Translations under genes and position numbers: made by a program
DNA from: Gammaproteobacteria bacterium
GTDB taxonomy: Bacteria > Pseudomonadota > Gammaproteobacteria > UBA4575
Direction: 5' to 3'
Assembly: GCA_965243395.1 (NCBI GenBank)
Contig: CBDEUS010000002.1
Coordinates: 320,001 to 384,000 of the forward strand
DNA length: 64,000 nucleotides
Notes under the pieces: generated by a model
What the model was told of the DNA's origin: nothing
Databases searched by the model: none
The model's input: only the letters and a program-made list of their open reading frames with translations
In this document: positions 43,162-53,219 of the stretch, in pieces
Layout of the letters: every line of letters starts with the position of its first letter
How positions within the stretch are numbered: the stretch's first letter is position 1

Positions 43162-43167
43162 AAATTT

Positions 43168-44067
43168 CTAAAGTTGGCTTGCTTTTGGTTTAACAATTGA
43201 ATGTTTTTCAACGAGCATCTTTATAATGGGTGTTAATAAAGTTTCCATTGCAAATACCATTTTTTCGGCAGGCATAACAAGCTGATTTGGTTTAATGTTG
43301 AAAGAATTCTCAATTCTTTCTCGAAGTTCATCGATACTTAACGTAAATTTTTCAGGTCTGCGTATATTCACGATTACCAAGCTTTCATTGAATGATGGTA
43401 TCTCCTGAATCTCGAATGGGTTTGCAGTATCAACGATGGGTACACGCTGAAAGTTAACATCAGTACGTGAAAATTGTGGTGAAATGTACATTGCATAATC
43501 GGGCATGCGGCGAACAATTGTGGTCACTACCTCTTCGTGCGAATAACCACGCTCTGAACTATCGCGATGAATTTTCTGAATCCATTCTAAATTTGTTGTG
43601 GGAACAACCCCTACTAATAAATCTACATGTTGTGCAATATTATATTGTTCGGTAACCAACCCTCCATGCAAACCTTCATAAAATAATAAATCGCTTGTTT
43701 CTGGTATCGGTTCCCATTCGGTAAATTCTCCACGCTTGTATCCAGGATAAGGCGCTGCTTCCTCATCAGTATGAAGGTAGATTCGTTTCTCTCCAGTACC
43801 TGTTTTTGAGTACTCACAAAACAACTGTTCAAGACGATCAAGATAGTTGCCATCAGGAGAAAAGTGCGTCATTCGACGACCAAATAAGTCAGGTACCTTT
43901 ATTCGGTCATACATTTCTGCGCGTGTGAATTTATGGAAACTATCCCCCTCGATAACGACTGGGTTCACACTTATATTGGTGAAAATATATTCAAAGGCTT
44001 CTCGAACGGTAGAGGTGCCTGCACCTGAAGATCCGGTTACCGCAACGATGGGGTGTTCAATAGACAT
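43168..44067 (-). CDS. prkB: Phosphoribulokinase (bacterial PrkB type)
   Basis: VAVTGSSGAGTS, EGDSFH, YEGLHG, NLEWIQKIHRD, NFQRVP.VDT.NPF. Confidence 0.9.
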   Translation of the reverse strand: MSIEHPIVAVTGSSGAGTSTVREAFEYIFTNISVNPVVIEGDSFHKFTRAEMYDRIKVPDLFGRRMTHFSPDGNYLDRLEQLFCEYSKTGTGEKRIYLHTDEEAAPYPGYKRGEFTEWEPIPETSDLLFYEGLHGGLVTEQYNIAQHVDLLVGVVPTTNLEWIQKIHRDSSERGYSHEEVVTTIVRRMPDYAMYISPQFSRTDVNFQRVPIVDTANPFEIQEIPSFNESLVIVNIRRPEKFTLSIDELRERIENSFNIKPNQLVMPAEKMVFAMETLLTPIIKMLVEKHSIVKPKASQL

Positions 44068-44405
44068 CAGTTTTTAATATATGCAGTGGTTGCTGGCTTC
44101 ATGCTTTTACTCATTGTGCAGAAATAAGCGCCTGCCTATGAGCTCTCACTTTACCGTTTTCCGAAGATAAAACGTAGTGTGCACTGCATCTGTGCAAAAA
44201 TATCTATAACTCTATATATTAGTAGTAATTAGATTTGTGGCTTAATAGTATCTATCAAGAGAGTTAGATAACTGCATGTAATCCCTTTGTGGACACATCA
44301 TGATCTAAAATCTGGCGCTTGGTCCTGCTTAACTTAAGCAAAATCAATGTTTGAAGCATATCCGTCGCTATCGTGAATGGCTTATAGCGTGATTAGGAGT
44401 ATTAG

Positions 44406-46211
44406 TTGATCACTGCGAGACAATATACACGTGAATTTTTCAGTCGATTCATTCCCTATCTGAATTGGCTGGGGGAATTAAAAAACCCTGACACCATAAT
44501 AAAAGATTGTCTTGCAGGTTTAACCGTTGCACTGGTTTTAATACCTCAGTCAATGGCTTATGCACAACTTGCAAACTTGCCCGCCTACTACGGTTTATAC
44601 GCTTCATTCTTACCCGTAATTATTGCTTCATTATTTGGCTCCTCAAGACAACTTCAGACCGGGCCTGTCGCCGTCGTTTCTCTAATGACTGCGGCCGCAC
44701 TAGAACCACTTGCTACAGCTAACCCTGAAGGCTACTTAGTCTATGCCGGAGTACTGGCAATCATCGTAGGCGTATTTCAATTATCGCTGGGTTTATTACG
44801 GCTTGGTGTTTTAGTCGAATTTCTATCTCATTCCGTGGTGATTGGTTTTACTAATGCGGCTGCAATAATAATTGGCACCTCTCAACTATCTAAATTATTT
44901 GGTGTAACTGCCGAACGTGGTAACCATTTCTATGAAACTATTTGGAATGTGCTTGTTGAGGCTAGCAAGCATACACACATGCCAACATTGGCAATGGGCA
45001 TTGCTGCGCTGGCAATAATTTTTGCTTTAAAAAAGTATGCGCCAAAAATTCCAGGTGTTCTGACGGCTGTAGTTGTAACGAGTATTATTTCTTATGTGAT
45101 TGGCTTTGAATCACTCGGCGGTAAAGTAGTTGGAAATGTACCCGCTGGTTTGCCCAGCATTGGCTGGCCAACATTTGATATGGCTATCGCATTTGATTTA
45201 ATTTCAAAAGGCATAGTGATTGCCGTTGTTGGTTATATGGAAGCCATATCTATTGCTAAGGCCATTGCGGTACAAACCCGACAACGTATCGATGCCAATC
45301 AAGGACTGGTAGGACAAGGGTTAGGAAATATTGCTTCAGGTTTATCAGGCGCTTATCCCGTTGCAGGTTCTTTTTCACGTTCAGCAGTGAACATGTCAGC
45401 AGGTGCTAGAACAGGGTTTGCAGCAATTTTTACCGGTATCCTCGTCGCAATTTCATTGGTACTACTCTACTTTAGTCAATATCTTTACCATCTTCCGCAA
45501 GCAACCTTAGCAGCGGTAATTATCTCTGCGGTAATTAATTTAATTAGAATTAAACAAATTAAATATGCCTTCCGTGTACATAGTCATGATGGTTTTATTG
45601 CGATACTTACTTTTATATTGACACTTATATTAGCGCCTCATTTGGAACAAAGTATTATCGTAGGTGTTGTGCTATCACTTGGTCTATTTATGTACCGAAC
45701 CATGCATCCACATATTACTATTTTATCGCGCGCGTCAAACGGTGATCTACGTGATGCTGAAGTAAACATCTTAAAAACCTGTCCTCATATCACGCTAATG
45801 CGTTTTGAAGGGCCATTATTTTTTGCCAGCGCAATGTACTTTGAAGAAAAAGTATTAGAACGGGTGGCTGCTAAACCGGATTTGAAATTTATTATTGTAG
45901 ATGCAGAAGCGATAACTGAAATTGATGCAACGGGTGAGGATATGCTGCATCAACTATCATTGCGCTTAGCGGCATTACACATTGAATTTGTGTTTGCACG
46001 TACTAAGCGGCAAGTTATGGATATATTTATACGCACTGGATTCGCTGGACCTGATTGGTTAGATCATTTTTATCGCCATGATGAAAGTGCGATAGAGTTT
46101 GCTTGGCAAAATATCGAAAATTGTGAAGAGGAAGTTTGCCCATTAGCAAAAGCACACGAGTGTCCAGCTAGGCGTTTAAGTCCAATCAAGTTAGACCCCC
46201 AAGAAAATTAA
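44406..46211 (+). CDS. SulP/SLC26 anion transporter with STAS domain
   Basis: AGLTVALVLIPQSMAYA, GSFSRSA, STAS segment FEGPLFFA...IDATG. Confidence 0.94.
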   Translation: MITARQYTREFFSRFIPYLNWLGELKNPDTIIKDCLAGLTVALVLIPQSMAYAQLANLPAYYGLYASFLPVIIASLFGSSRQLQTGPVAVVSLMTAAALEPLATANPEGYLVYAGVLAIIVGVFQLSLGLLRLGVLVEFLSHSVVIGFTNAAAIIIGTSQLSKLFGVTAERGNHFYETIWNVLVEASKHTHMPTLAMGIAALAIIFALKKYAPKIPGVLTAVVVTSIISYVIGFESLGGKVVGNVPAGLPSIGWPTFDMAIAFDLISKGIVIAVVGYMEAISIAKAIAVQTRQRIDANQGLVGQGLGNIASGLSGAYPVAGSFSRSAVNMSAGARTGFAAIFTGILVAISLVLLYFSQYLYHLPQATLAAVIISAVINLIRIKQIKYAFRVHSHDGFIAILTFILTLILAPHLEQSIIVGVVLSLGLFMYRTMHPHITILSRASNGDLRDAEVNILKTCPHITLMRFEGPLFFASAMYFEEKVLERVAAKPDLKFIIVDAEAITEIDATGEDMLHQLSLRLAALHIEFVFARTKRQVMDIFIRTGFAGPDWLDHFYRHDESAIEFAWQNIENCEEEVCPLAKAHECPARRLSPIKLDPQEN

Positions 46212-46215
46212 TTAT

Positions 46216-46884
46216 TTATTTCTTAGTATATGTTTGGGCAAACACCTCATGACCCAATTTCATGCCGCGTCTTTCAAACTTGGTTTGCGGACGCTGTTTT
46301 ATAATTTCTGAAACCTGGCATTTTTCAAATAGTCCGCATTCTTGAATTCTTTCTTGGATATGTTCTGCGTAGGGCTGCCAATCCGTCGCGATATTGAGCT
46401 CACCTCCGTTTACTAATTTATTTGCGAGTAATTCTAAAAAATGAACTTGGATAAGACGGCGTTTATGGTGACGTTTTTTTGGCCAGGGATCAGGAAACCA
46501 GATTAATGCAGCACTTATGCTATTCGCTAAAATATTATTTTGCAGTAGTTCAACTACATCTTTATTAATCACGCGAATATTTTCAATTTTTTCCAAATAA
46601 ATATTTCTTAATAAATTACCAATTCCTGGTCGATATACTTCAACACCTAAAAAATTTAAATTGGTATGTTGTTTGGCAAGGTAAAGTAAGGATTCACCAT
46701 TACCAAAACCGATGTCTATTACGATAGGCTGTTTTTTTATAAATAGTTTATCCAGGTCAAGGATTTGTTGATGGGTATCAATGCCATAATGCGGCCAATG
46801 TTCTTTTAGTGCGGAACGTTGAGCTTTCGTAAAACGTCCCTCACGTCGAACAAAGCTGCGAATAAAAGAAGCGGTCTGCTGCAA
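46216..46884 (-). CDS. trmB: tRNA (guanine-N7)-methyltransferase
   Basis: IRSFVRREGR, IGFGNG, FPDPWPKKRHHKRR, ATDW. Confidence 0.96.
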   Translation of the reverse strand: MQQTASFIRSFVRREGRFTKAQRSALKEHWPHYGIDTHQQILDLDKLFIKKQPIVIDIGFGNGESLLYLAKQHTNLNFLGVEVYRPGIGNLLRNIYLEKIENIRVINKDVVELLQNNILANSISAALIWFPDPWPKKRHHKRRLIQVHFLELLANKLVNGGELNIATDWQPYAEHIQERIQECGLFEKCQVSEIIKQRPQTKFERRGMKLGHEVFAQTYTKK

Positions 46885-46891
46885 AGGCTAG

Positions 46892-47713
46892 TTAACTAAA
46901 AAACGAACCATCTACTGGAGAAGAAGCGGATGCATAACGACGCCGTGGCATGCGCCCGGCAAGAAAAGCTTCGCGCCCTGCGGCAACCGCTTTATTCATC
47001 GCAGCTGCCATTAATATCGGATTCTTGGCTTCTGCGATTGCCGTATTCATTAACACACCATCGCAACCAAGTTCCATGGCAACGGCTGCATCTGATGCTG
47101 TACCCACTCCCGCATCGACTAGAATGGGTACCGATGCATTTTCTACAATGGTAAAAATATTATGCGGATTACGTACACCCAATCCTGAACCAATTGGCGC
47201 AGCTAAGGGCATCACGGCTACACAACCTATCTCCTCTAACTCCTTGGCCACGATTGGGTCATCATTAGTATAGACCATAACTTGAAAGTCTTCTGCAACA
47301 AGTATTTTTGCAGCTTCAATGGTTTGAATAATATCTGGATACAATGTTTTTTGATCTCCTAATACTTCAAGCTTTACTAACGAGTGACCATCTAATAATT
47401 CGCGTGCGAGTCTGCAAGTACGCACAGCATCATTTGCAGTAAAACATCCGGCTGTATTAGGAAGAATAGTAAATTCATTGGGTGGTATAACATCAAGTAG
47501 ATTGGGTTGGTCCTTTTCTTGGCCTATGTTCGTTCTACGAATTGCCACCGTTACGATTTCTGCGCCACTGGCCAAAATAGCAGACCTTGTTTGACTTAAA
47601 TCTTTGTACTTACCAGTACCGACTAATAGCCGTGAAGAATACTTAGTACCAGCAACCAATAATGAATCTTGGTGATCTTCGCTAATAGGATGTGAAATCG
47701 GGTTTACTGCCAT
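46892..47713 (-). CDS. thiG: Thiazole synthase
   Basis: [38 protein letters not shown]. Confidence 0.98.
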   Translation of the reverse strand: MAVNPISHPISEDHQDSLLVAGTKYSSRLLVGTGKYKDLSQTRSAILASGAEIVTVAIRRTNIGQEKDQPNLLDVIPPNEFTILPNTAGCFTANDAVRTCRLARELLDGHSLVKLEVLGDQKTLYPDIIQTIEAAKILVAEDFQVMVYTNDDPIVAKELEEIGCVAVMPLAAPIGSGLGVRNPHNIFTIVENASVPILVDAGVGTASDAAVAMELGCDGVLMNTAIAEAKNPILMAAAMNKAVAAGREAFLAGRMPRRRYASASSPVDGSFFS

Positions 47714-47776
47714 AATGTTACATTTATGTTACATTTCTCATCTAATTGTACATGTGCTGAGTATTAAATAACTTCT

Positions 47777-48454
47777 ATGAGCAAGAATCTCTCAGATAAC
47801 TTGGTCAATTTACTCGTTTTAGCAATTTTACCGGTATCTATTTTAGCGCATGCCAGTTGGCTGCCACTATCTATAAGCATGCCTGCTATAGAAGACTCAG
47901 GCTATGTGTCCATCATAACCCTAACATTTGTAGCCTGCGTATTCGTATCTCTACTGACTCTTATTTTTAATAGTAATTTAGCCTCATCAAAGTTGACTGC
48001 TGGCATTTCTGCTTATGTGATAGCAATTTATTTTTTACGTGAAGCTGATTTTCATCGTTTATTCACAATTGAGCATGTAACCCGTGGGAAATTTTACACC
48101 ATGGATGTCGTTCCACTTTGGCAAAAAATTTTTGCAGCCACCATATTTATAATACTTGCTATTTGTATACTGTACTTAATCGTAAAATATATCCGCTTAG
48201 TTTGGTCTAAAATTAAAAGTTTAGAACCATGGGCAATATCTTTGCTTTTATGGCTTATTGTATTAGTTATATCTCAACTATGTGACAGATCTGGGCTCAA
48301 CCATACACATTTTGGCAGAGTGGTTGAGGAAAACTCTGAATGTTGGGCTGCCATATTTTTATTTCTTACAGTAGTACAATTAATACCAACACTTAAATTA
48401 AAAAACATGAGCAGCGGCGCCAAGTATTCGATGCAAAATAATATGCAAATCTGA
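47777..48454 (+). CDS. Hypothetical multi-pass membrane protein
   Basis: About 6 hydrophobic segments, with LREAD and EENSE charged motifs. Confidence 0.75.
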   Translation: MSKNLSDNLVNLLVLAILPVSILAHASWLPLSISMPAIEDSGYVSIITLTFVACVFVSLLTLIFNSNLASSKLTAGISAYVIAIYFLREADFHRLFTIEHVTRGKFYTMDVVPLWQKIFAATIFIILAICILYLIVKYIRLVWSKIKSLEPWAISLLLWLIVLVISQLCDRSGLNHTHFGRVVEENSECWAAIFLFLTVVQLIPTLKLKNMSSGAKYSMQNNMQI

Positions 48455-48455
48455 T

Positions 48456-48656
48456 TTAGCCCCCACCAATAGCATGGATTATTTCAACAGTATCGCCTGG
48501 ATAAATAATGTATTCGCTTAGAGCGCTTCTATGTACAATTTCTTGATTTACCTCAATCGCCAGTTTCTGTTCTGCGATACCCAGCTCTTGCAATAATTTT
48601 TCTGCAGTAAGTTGGTCACTCACATTTTTCTCTTTGCCGTTTATAATAATTTGCAT
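48456..48656 (-). CDS. thiS: Sulfur carrier protein ThiS
   Basis: 66 aa, IIING..., C-terminal IGGG. Confidence 0.95.
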   Translation of the reverse strand: MQIIINGKEKNVSDQLTAEKLLQELGIAEQKLAIEVNQEIVHRSALSEYIIYPGDTVEIIHAIGGG

Positions 48657-48735
48657 GGCTATTTATCCTATCGATCTCACTTGTTAGGATCTTCTTTATT
48701 AATGCTTAAGTTTTAATTATATAACGTAATAAACA

Positions 48736-49833
48736 GTGATGAGTAATTGCAAAGAACACTTTGATGTAATCGTTGTTGGTGGTGGCATTATCGGCATGCT
48801 GACTGCGCGTCAATTACAATGTCATGGACTAAGTGTTGCAATTTTTGATAAGGCTCGTCTAGGCGGCGCAGCGACATGGGCTGCCGGAGGAATATTAGCG
48901 TCACTCAATCCATCACAACAAAATACTATAGCGCAGAAATTAATTCTTGAAGGCAGGCAAAAGTTTGCTGCATTAGCCGATGAGCTTAAACGCGAAACTG
49001 GTGTGGATCCTGAGTATCTTCAATCAGGATTATTGGTATTGCCCGTATCGAGCGATGAACAACATGCTGCATGTATGTGGGCTGAACAAACCCATGAGCC
49101 TATTCAGTATTTATCACAAACTGATTTACTAAAATATGAGCCGAACGTTTTGAATACTTTTCAAAACGCACTATATTTTTCGAATGTCGCTCAAATACGC
49201 CCGCCTAAGTTAATTGACGCGTTGAAAAAATCTTTAGTACAAAGAAAAGTTCAAATTTATGAGCATACTGCGGTAAAAGAACTTATTTTTAGTTCGAGTA
49301 ATGTAACAGGTGTACATACCGAAATTGAAAAATGTTATGCGGACAAGGTAATCGTGTGCGGCGGAGCATGGACAAAATATGTGTCTCAACGAAATATGCA
49401 AATTGACGTCGAACCCGTACGCGGGCAAATGCTTTTGTTTAAACCAAACAAAAAACTTTTATCGCATATTATTTTGAAGGAAAAGGCATATTTAATTCCA
49501 AGAAAAGATGGGCACGTATTATGCGGAAGTACATTGGAACATGTCGGTTTTGAAAACCATGTAACGGAACAAGCACGCCAAGACTTAACATCTTTCGCCT
49601 ACAAATTATTACCTGAACTTGCAGAACATCCGATTAAACGACAATGGTCGGCTTTACGCCCAGGTACAAAACGCGAAGCACCATATATATGCAAACACCC
49701 TAAAATTAATGGGCTATATATAAACAGCGGTCATTATCGATATGGCATCGTGATGAGTATTGCCTCGGCTAGAATAATGACAGATTTGATTGTCAATTCG
49801 CTGAATGAGTCACAAATAGCGGCGTTTGCTTAA
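48736..49833 (+). CDS. thiO: Glycine oxidase ThiO (FAD-dependent)
   Basis: GGGIIG, WAAGGIL, PVRGQM, GHYRYG; divergent from thiS. Confidence 0.88.
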   Translation: MMSNCKEHFDVIVVGGGIIGMLTARQLQCHGLSVAIFDKARLGGAATWAAGGILASLNPSQQNTIAQKLILEGRQKFAALADELKRETGVDPEYLQSGLLVLPVSSDEQHAACMWAEQTHEPIQYLSQTDLLKYEPNVLNTFQNALYFSNVAQIRPPKLIDALKKSLVQRKVQIYEHTAVKELIFSSSNVTGVHTEIEKCYADKVIVCGGAWTKYVSQRNMQIDVEPVRGQMLLFKPNKKLLSHIILKEKAYLIPRKDGHVLCGSTLEHVGFENHVTEQARQDLTSFAYKLLPELAEHPIKRQWSALRPGTKREAPYICKHPKINGLYINSGHYRYGIVMSIASARIMTDLIVNSLNESQIAAFA

Positions 49834-49888
49834 TAGATAATTGTACACTTACAAGGTGTTAGGAGCTGAAATAGACTTTGTCTAATTT

Positions 49889-50332
49889 ATGTCTATAATT
49901 CTTACTATGAGCGAATTAGAAAAATTCCCTAAAACACGTGCGGATCTAGTCGCTATGCTGCGAAATGCAGACATTACCCCAACCCATCAACGCATCAAAA
50001 TCGGCGAGGTTTTATTTTCTCGCAAACAACATTTATCTGCGGAACAAGTACTCGCGGCAGTTAATCAAGATGATGATGAGGTTTCTAAAGCTACCGTATA
50101 CAACACCTTAGGGGCTTTTGCGCAACATGGTCTATTACGTGAAGTAATTGTTGATCCTTCAAAAGTTTTCTATGACTCTAACTTAAGCAAACATCATCAC
50201 TTATATTATTTAGATACTGGTGAGCTTGAAGATATCGCAGATGAAAATATAGAAGTTTCTAAACTCCCTAATCTACCTAGTGATCTTCAAATTGAAGAAG
50301 TAGATGTCATCATCCGCGTCCATCGCAACTAA
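49889..50332 (+). CDS. Fur-family regulator, Irr-like
   Basis: T.QR, HLSAE, SKATVYNTL and HHH motifs; no CxxC. Confidence 0.88.
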   Translation: MSIILTMSELEKFPKTRADLVAMLRNADITPTHQRIKIGEVLFSRKQHLSAEQVLAAVNQDDDEVSKATVYNTLGAFAQHGLLREVIVDPSKVFYDSNLSKHHHLYYLDTGELEDIADENIEVSKLPNLPSDLQIEEVDVIIRVHRN

Positions 50333-50589
50333 CTATTAACCTTCCTGCAAGACGCTGTTATTTCTCTGGCTGAGTAGCTCAGCTTTAAACAAGTTAATAG
50401 ATAGGGTTATTATTGACTAAGGAAGTTTGCATATATTGCAAATACAGTTTTTGTAAATCACATTTTGCTTAATATTCAAATAAGTATTCCTTTCATCCCG
50501 AAATTAGTACCGTTCAATTCCATCAGCTTCGCCATACATACTCAAATTTCCTAACCTCCTCAACTTCAAGAGAGAGTCAAGGATGACAA

Positions 50590-50802
50590 ATGAGTGAAGT
50601 AAAAGAGGAGCGCCGCTCGAATGTTGAGCGGAGACAAAACGCGCCTATTGAACATTTCCCCATATTAGATTCAGACGGTAACTTCATCGAAAGTGATCGC
50701 AGAAGTGGTGGAGATCGAAGAACCGACCCACGCACAACTCTGCAGTTTATACGTGTAAATGATGTTTTAGCTAAATTTGCGGAGCTAGATACTAAAGATT
50801 AA
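50590..50802 (+). CDS. Small protein with (E/D)RR repeats
   Basis: AAGGA Shine-Dalgarno; ERRSNVERR ... DSDG ... DRRSGGDRR. Confidence 0.75.
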   Translation: MSEVKEERRSNVERRQNAPIEHFPILDSDGNFIESDRRSGGDRRTDPRTTLQFIRVNDVLAKFAELDTKD

Positions 50803-51474
50803 TTAGTTTGAGTTTAGGTGTCCTGTTTTCACATAAATCACGCAGCCCTCTTTTGTAAAAGGAGTGTGAAAACTATTTGGCGGGTTTCTTAACCATGTAC
50901 CTTCAGGATAACTACCAAACTCATCTTCAAAGGTTCCTTCAAGTACAAATATTTCTTCGCCGCCTATATGTTGATGTGGTTGGAATATAGTATTTGCTTC
51001 CCATTTCACTAAATCAACATGTTCATGCAAGTGTTCATGCAGAGGCATCACACTTAATCCTGGTACAAGTCCAGGTAACCAAGCTTGTTGCTTAGTTTGC
51101 AGATAAAGCTGCTTGGTATCACTCTCTTGAAACTGCTGTAATTTTACAAAAATTGTGCAACCTTCTTTACTAAAAGGTGCATGCGATGTTCCACCTGGAT
51201 TTCTTAAATAACTGCCAGCTTCATAGCTGCCATGGTTATCTGAAAAAGTGCCTTCAAGTACAAATATTTCTTCTCCATATACATGCCGATGGGGTCGAAA
51301 GGCGCTGCCGGCTACATATCGCACTACAGTAGTAACAGGCTCTGGATCCGCATCAATTCTTTCCAGGCGTTTGCGTAACACACCTTCTGCTTCTGAGGCT
51401 TCCCATGGCATGCTTGCCGTTTCTATAACTGCGCGCAAACTATGATCAGCGTTGAGTTCTTGTATGCTTTCCAT
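50803..51474 (-). CDS. ChrR-like two-domain cupin protein
   Basis: Two repeats of H.H..GEEIFVLEGTF.D..G.Y..G...RNP..S.H.P. Confidence 0.92.
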   Translation of the reverse strand: MESIQELNADHSLRAVIETASMPWEASEAEGVLRKRLERIDADPEPVTTVVRYVAGSAFRPHRHVYGEEIFVLEGTFSDNHGSYEAGSYLRNPGGTSHAPFSKEGCTIFVKLQQFQESDTKQLYLQTKQQAWLPGLVPGLSVMPLHEHLHEHVDLVKWEANTIFQPHQHIGGEEIFVLEGTFEDEFGSYPEGTWLRNPPNSFHTPFTKEGCVIYVKTGHLNSN

Positions 51475-51507
51475 GTTTAAATAACAAATTAAGAAACTAT
51501 CTAGCCC

Positions 51508-51987
51508 ATGCAGTTGACCGAAAACAAATCAATTCTATTACTTTTATTAGGTCTTGCCACTATATTACTCACCATTGGGCTTGTTGCGCCTATTATTACC
51601 TTCACAAAATTTATGTTTATACATAATACTTTTTCCATTCTAAGTGCTTGCTGGAATTTACTGCTACAAGGACAAGTATTTTTATTTTTAATCATTTTCT
51701 TATTTAGCGTCATCTTGCCTATTCTTAAATTGGGCTTATTAGCAAAATTGATTCTAAGTCCCTTGTTAAGCGAAAGTACAAAAAAGCTTCTGGAATGGAT
51801 ACACCGCTTTGGGAGATGGTCAATGTTAGATGTTTTTGTCGTAGCGATTTTGGTAGTAGTGGTTAAGCTAGGCGCAATTGGTAATGTTGAAAAGCATTAT
51901 GGATTATATGCTTATGCTGGTGCAGCGATTTTAATTATGTGGCTCACCCAACAAATCATTCTATTTGTTAAAAATAATCAAAATTAA
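51508..51987 (+). CDS. PqiA-domain membrane protein
   Basis: FSVILPILK, GRWSMLDVFVVAI. Confidence 0.88.
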   Translation: MQLTENKSILLLLLGLATILLTIGLVAPIITFTKFMFIHNTFSILSACWNLLLQGQVFLFLIIFLFSVILPILKLGLLAKLILSPLLSESTKKLLEWIHRFGRWSMLDVFVVAILVVVVKLGAIGNVEKHYGLYAYAGAAILIMWLTQQIILFVKNNQN

Positions 51988-52826
51988 TTTGCGTTCCTAA
52001 ACGGCTGTAACAATAAACGATCAAGCCAAAGTTCGCGTTTATCTCTAAAACTTTCGATACCTATTGTCATTTTTAAATGACCCATTTTAGGTTGAGCACG
52101 ATAAGTTCTAAAAATATAGTCCCACCAAGGTAAATTAAAACCAAAATTGCTATCAGTCTCTTTTTGAATAATAGAATGATGCACACGATGCATCTCCGGC
52201 GTAACTACAAATAGTCTCATTATTTTCTCAATAGACTTAGGTATGCGGATATTTGAATGATTGAATAATGAGGTGGCATTAAGCAAGACCTCAAATATTA
52301 ATACTGCAATTACAGGTGCACCTATCAAGGTCACCATGCAAAGTTTTATCCCTAATGACAGGATTATTTCTATCGGGTGAAATCGAACTGCAGTAGTTAC
52401 ATCAAACTCTAAATCAGCATGATGCATGCGATGTAACCGCCACAAAAAACCTACTTTATGAAAAATGACATGTTGTACATATATTGCAAAATCAAGAAAC
52501 AAAACAGCCACAATAATTGAAATCCAATGTGGCATATCAATCATATTTAACAAGCCATAACCTGATGATTGTACAGAAGCGGCTACAAACAGAACCGTTA
52601 CAGGAACGAAAAGCCATGTGATTAATGCATTGATCGTGCTTATTGAAAGATTGTTAACCCAACGGACAGCCTTTGGATATATTTGCATGCGTCGTGGTGC
52701 AATAAGTTCCCATAGGGCAAATACGATAAATAGAGCCAAAAAAATACTAAAACGTATTAATGCTCCGTCGCTTATCATAGATTCAATCATTACAACGCTC
52801 CTAACAAACACTGTAAGGGAAATCAA
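51984..52826 (-). CDS. Sterol desaturase / fatty acid hydroxylase family protein
   Basis: His boxes H..FH, HRMHH, RFHP, FNHSN, HRVHH. Confidence 0.92.
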   Translation of the reverse strand: MISLTVFVRSVVMIESMISDGALIRFSIFLALFIVFALWELIAPRRMQIYPKAVRWVNNLSISTINALITWLFVPVTVLFVAASVQSSGYGLLNMIDMPHWISIIVAVLFLDFAIYVQHVIFHKVGFLWRLHRMHHADLEFDVTTAVRFHPIEIILSLGIKLCMVTLIGAPVIAVLIFEVLLNATSLFNHSNIRIPKSIEKIMRLFVVTPEMHRVHHSIIQKETDSNFGFNLPWWDYIFRTYRAQPKMGHLKMTIGIESFRDKRELWLDRLLLQPFRNAN

Positions 52827-53219
52827 TTAGCAAGGCCATTATGTAACGCTAATATACTGATGGAAGTCAAATAAGAATTACTTGACCAAGTGATTAAGCC
52901 ATCCGTGGCTTGGGGACTTCCTTATAGTATTAAGACTCTCAATCGACTAAATAGTTCCAGCCTATAGAAGCAAACATTTAAAGCTAAGCGATTTAATTTG
53001 ACCACATGCTTGTGACAATGCATGAACTTTTCAATCTATTTGTGTCACTTTTCTTCTGCAAACAATTACTCGCAGTATCTAATTTAGCTGAACCAATATG
53101 GCACTAATTATAGGGTTTATATCTTTAGCCAAGCCTAGTTTTTAAGCATTAAGCTCAGGAACTAAGACAGATATAAAAATGTCATAGAGTTACAGCATTT
53201 TTGAGCTAGATTTTCTCAA

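Noticed and set aside
48656-48736. TPP riboswitch between thiS and thiO
   Set aside because: The interval is only about 80 bp, AT-rich, and lacks the CTGAGA/ACCTG/AGGGA core
53099-53115. TGGCACTAATTATAGG as a sigma54 promoter for the motor cluster
   Set aside because: No GC at the -12 position
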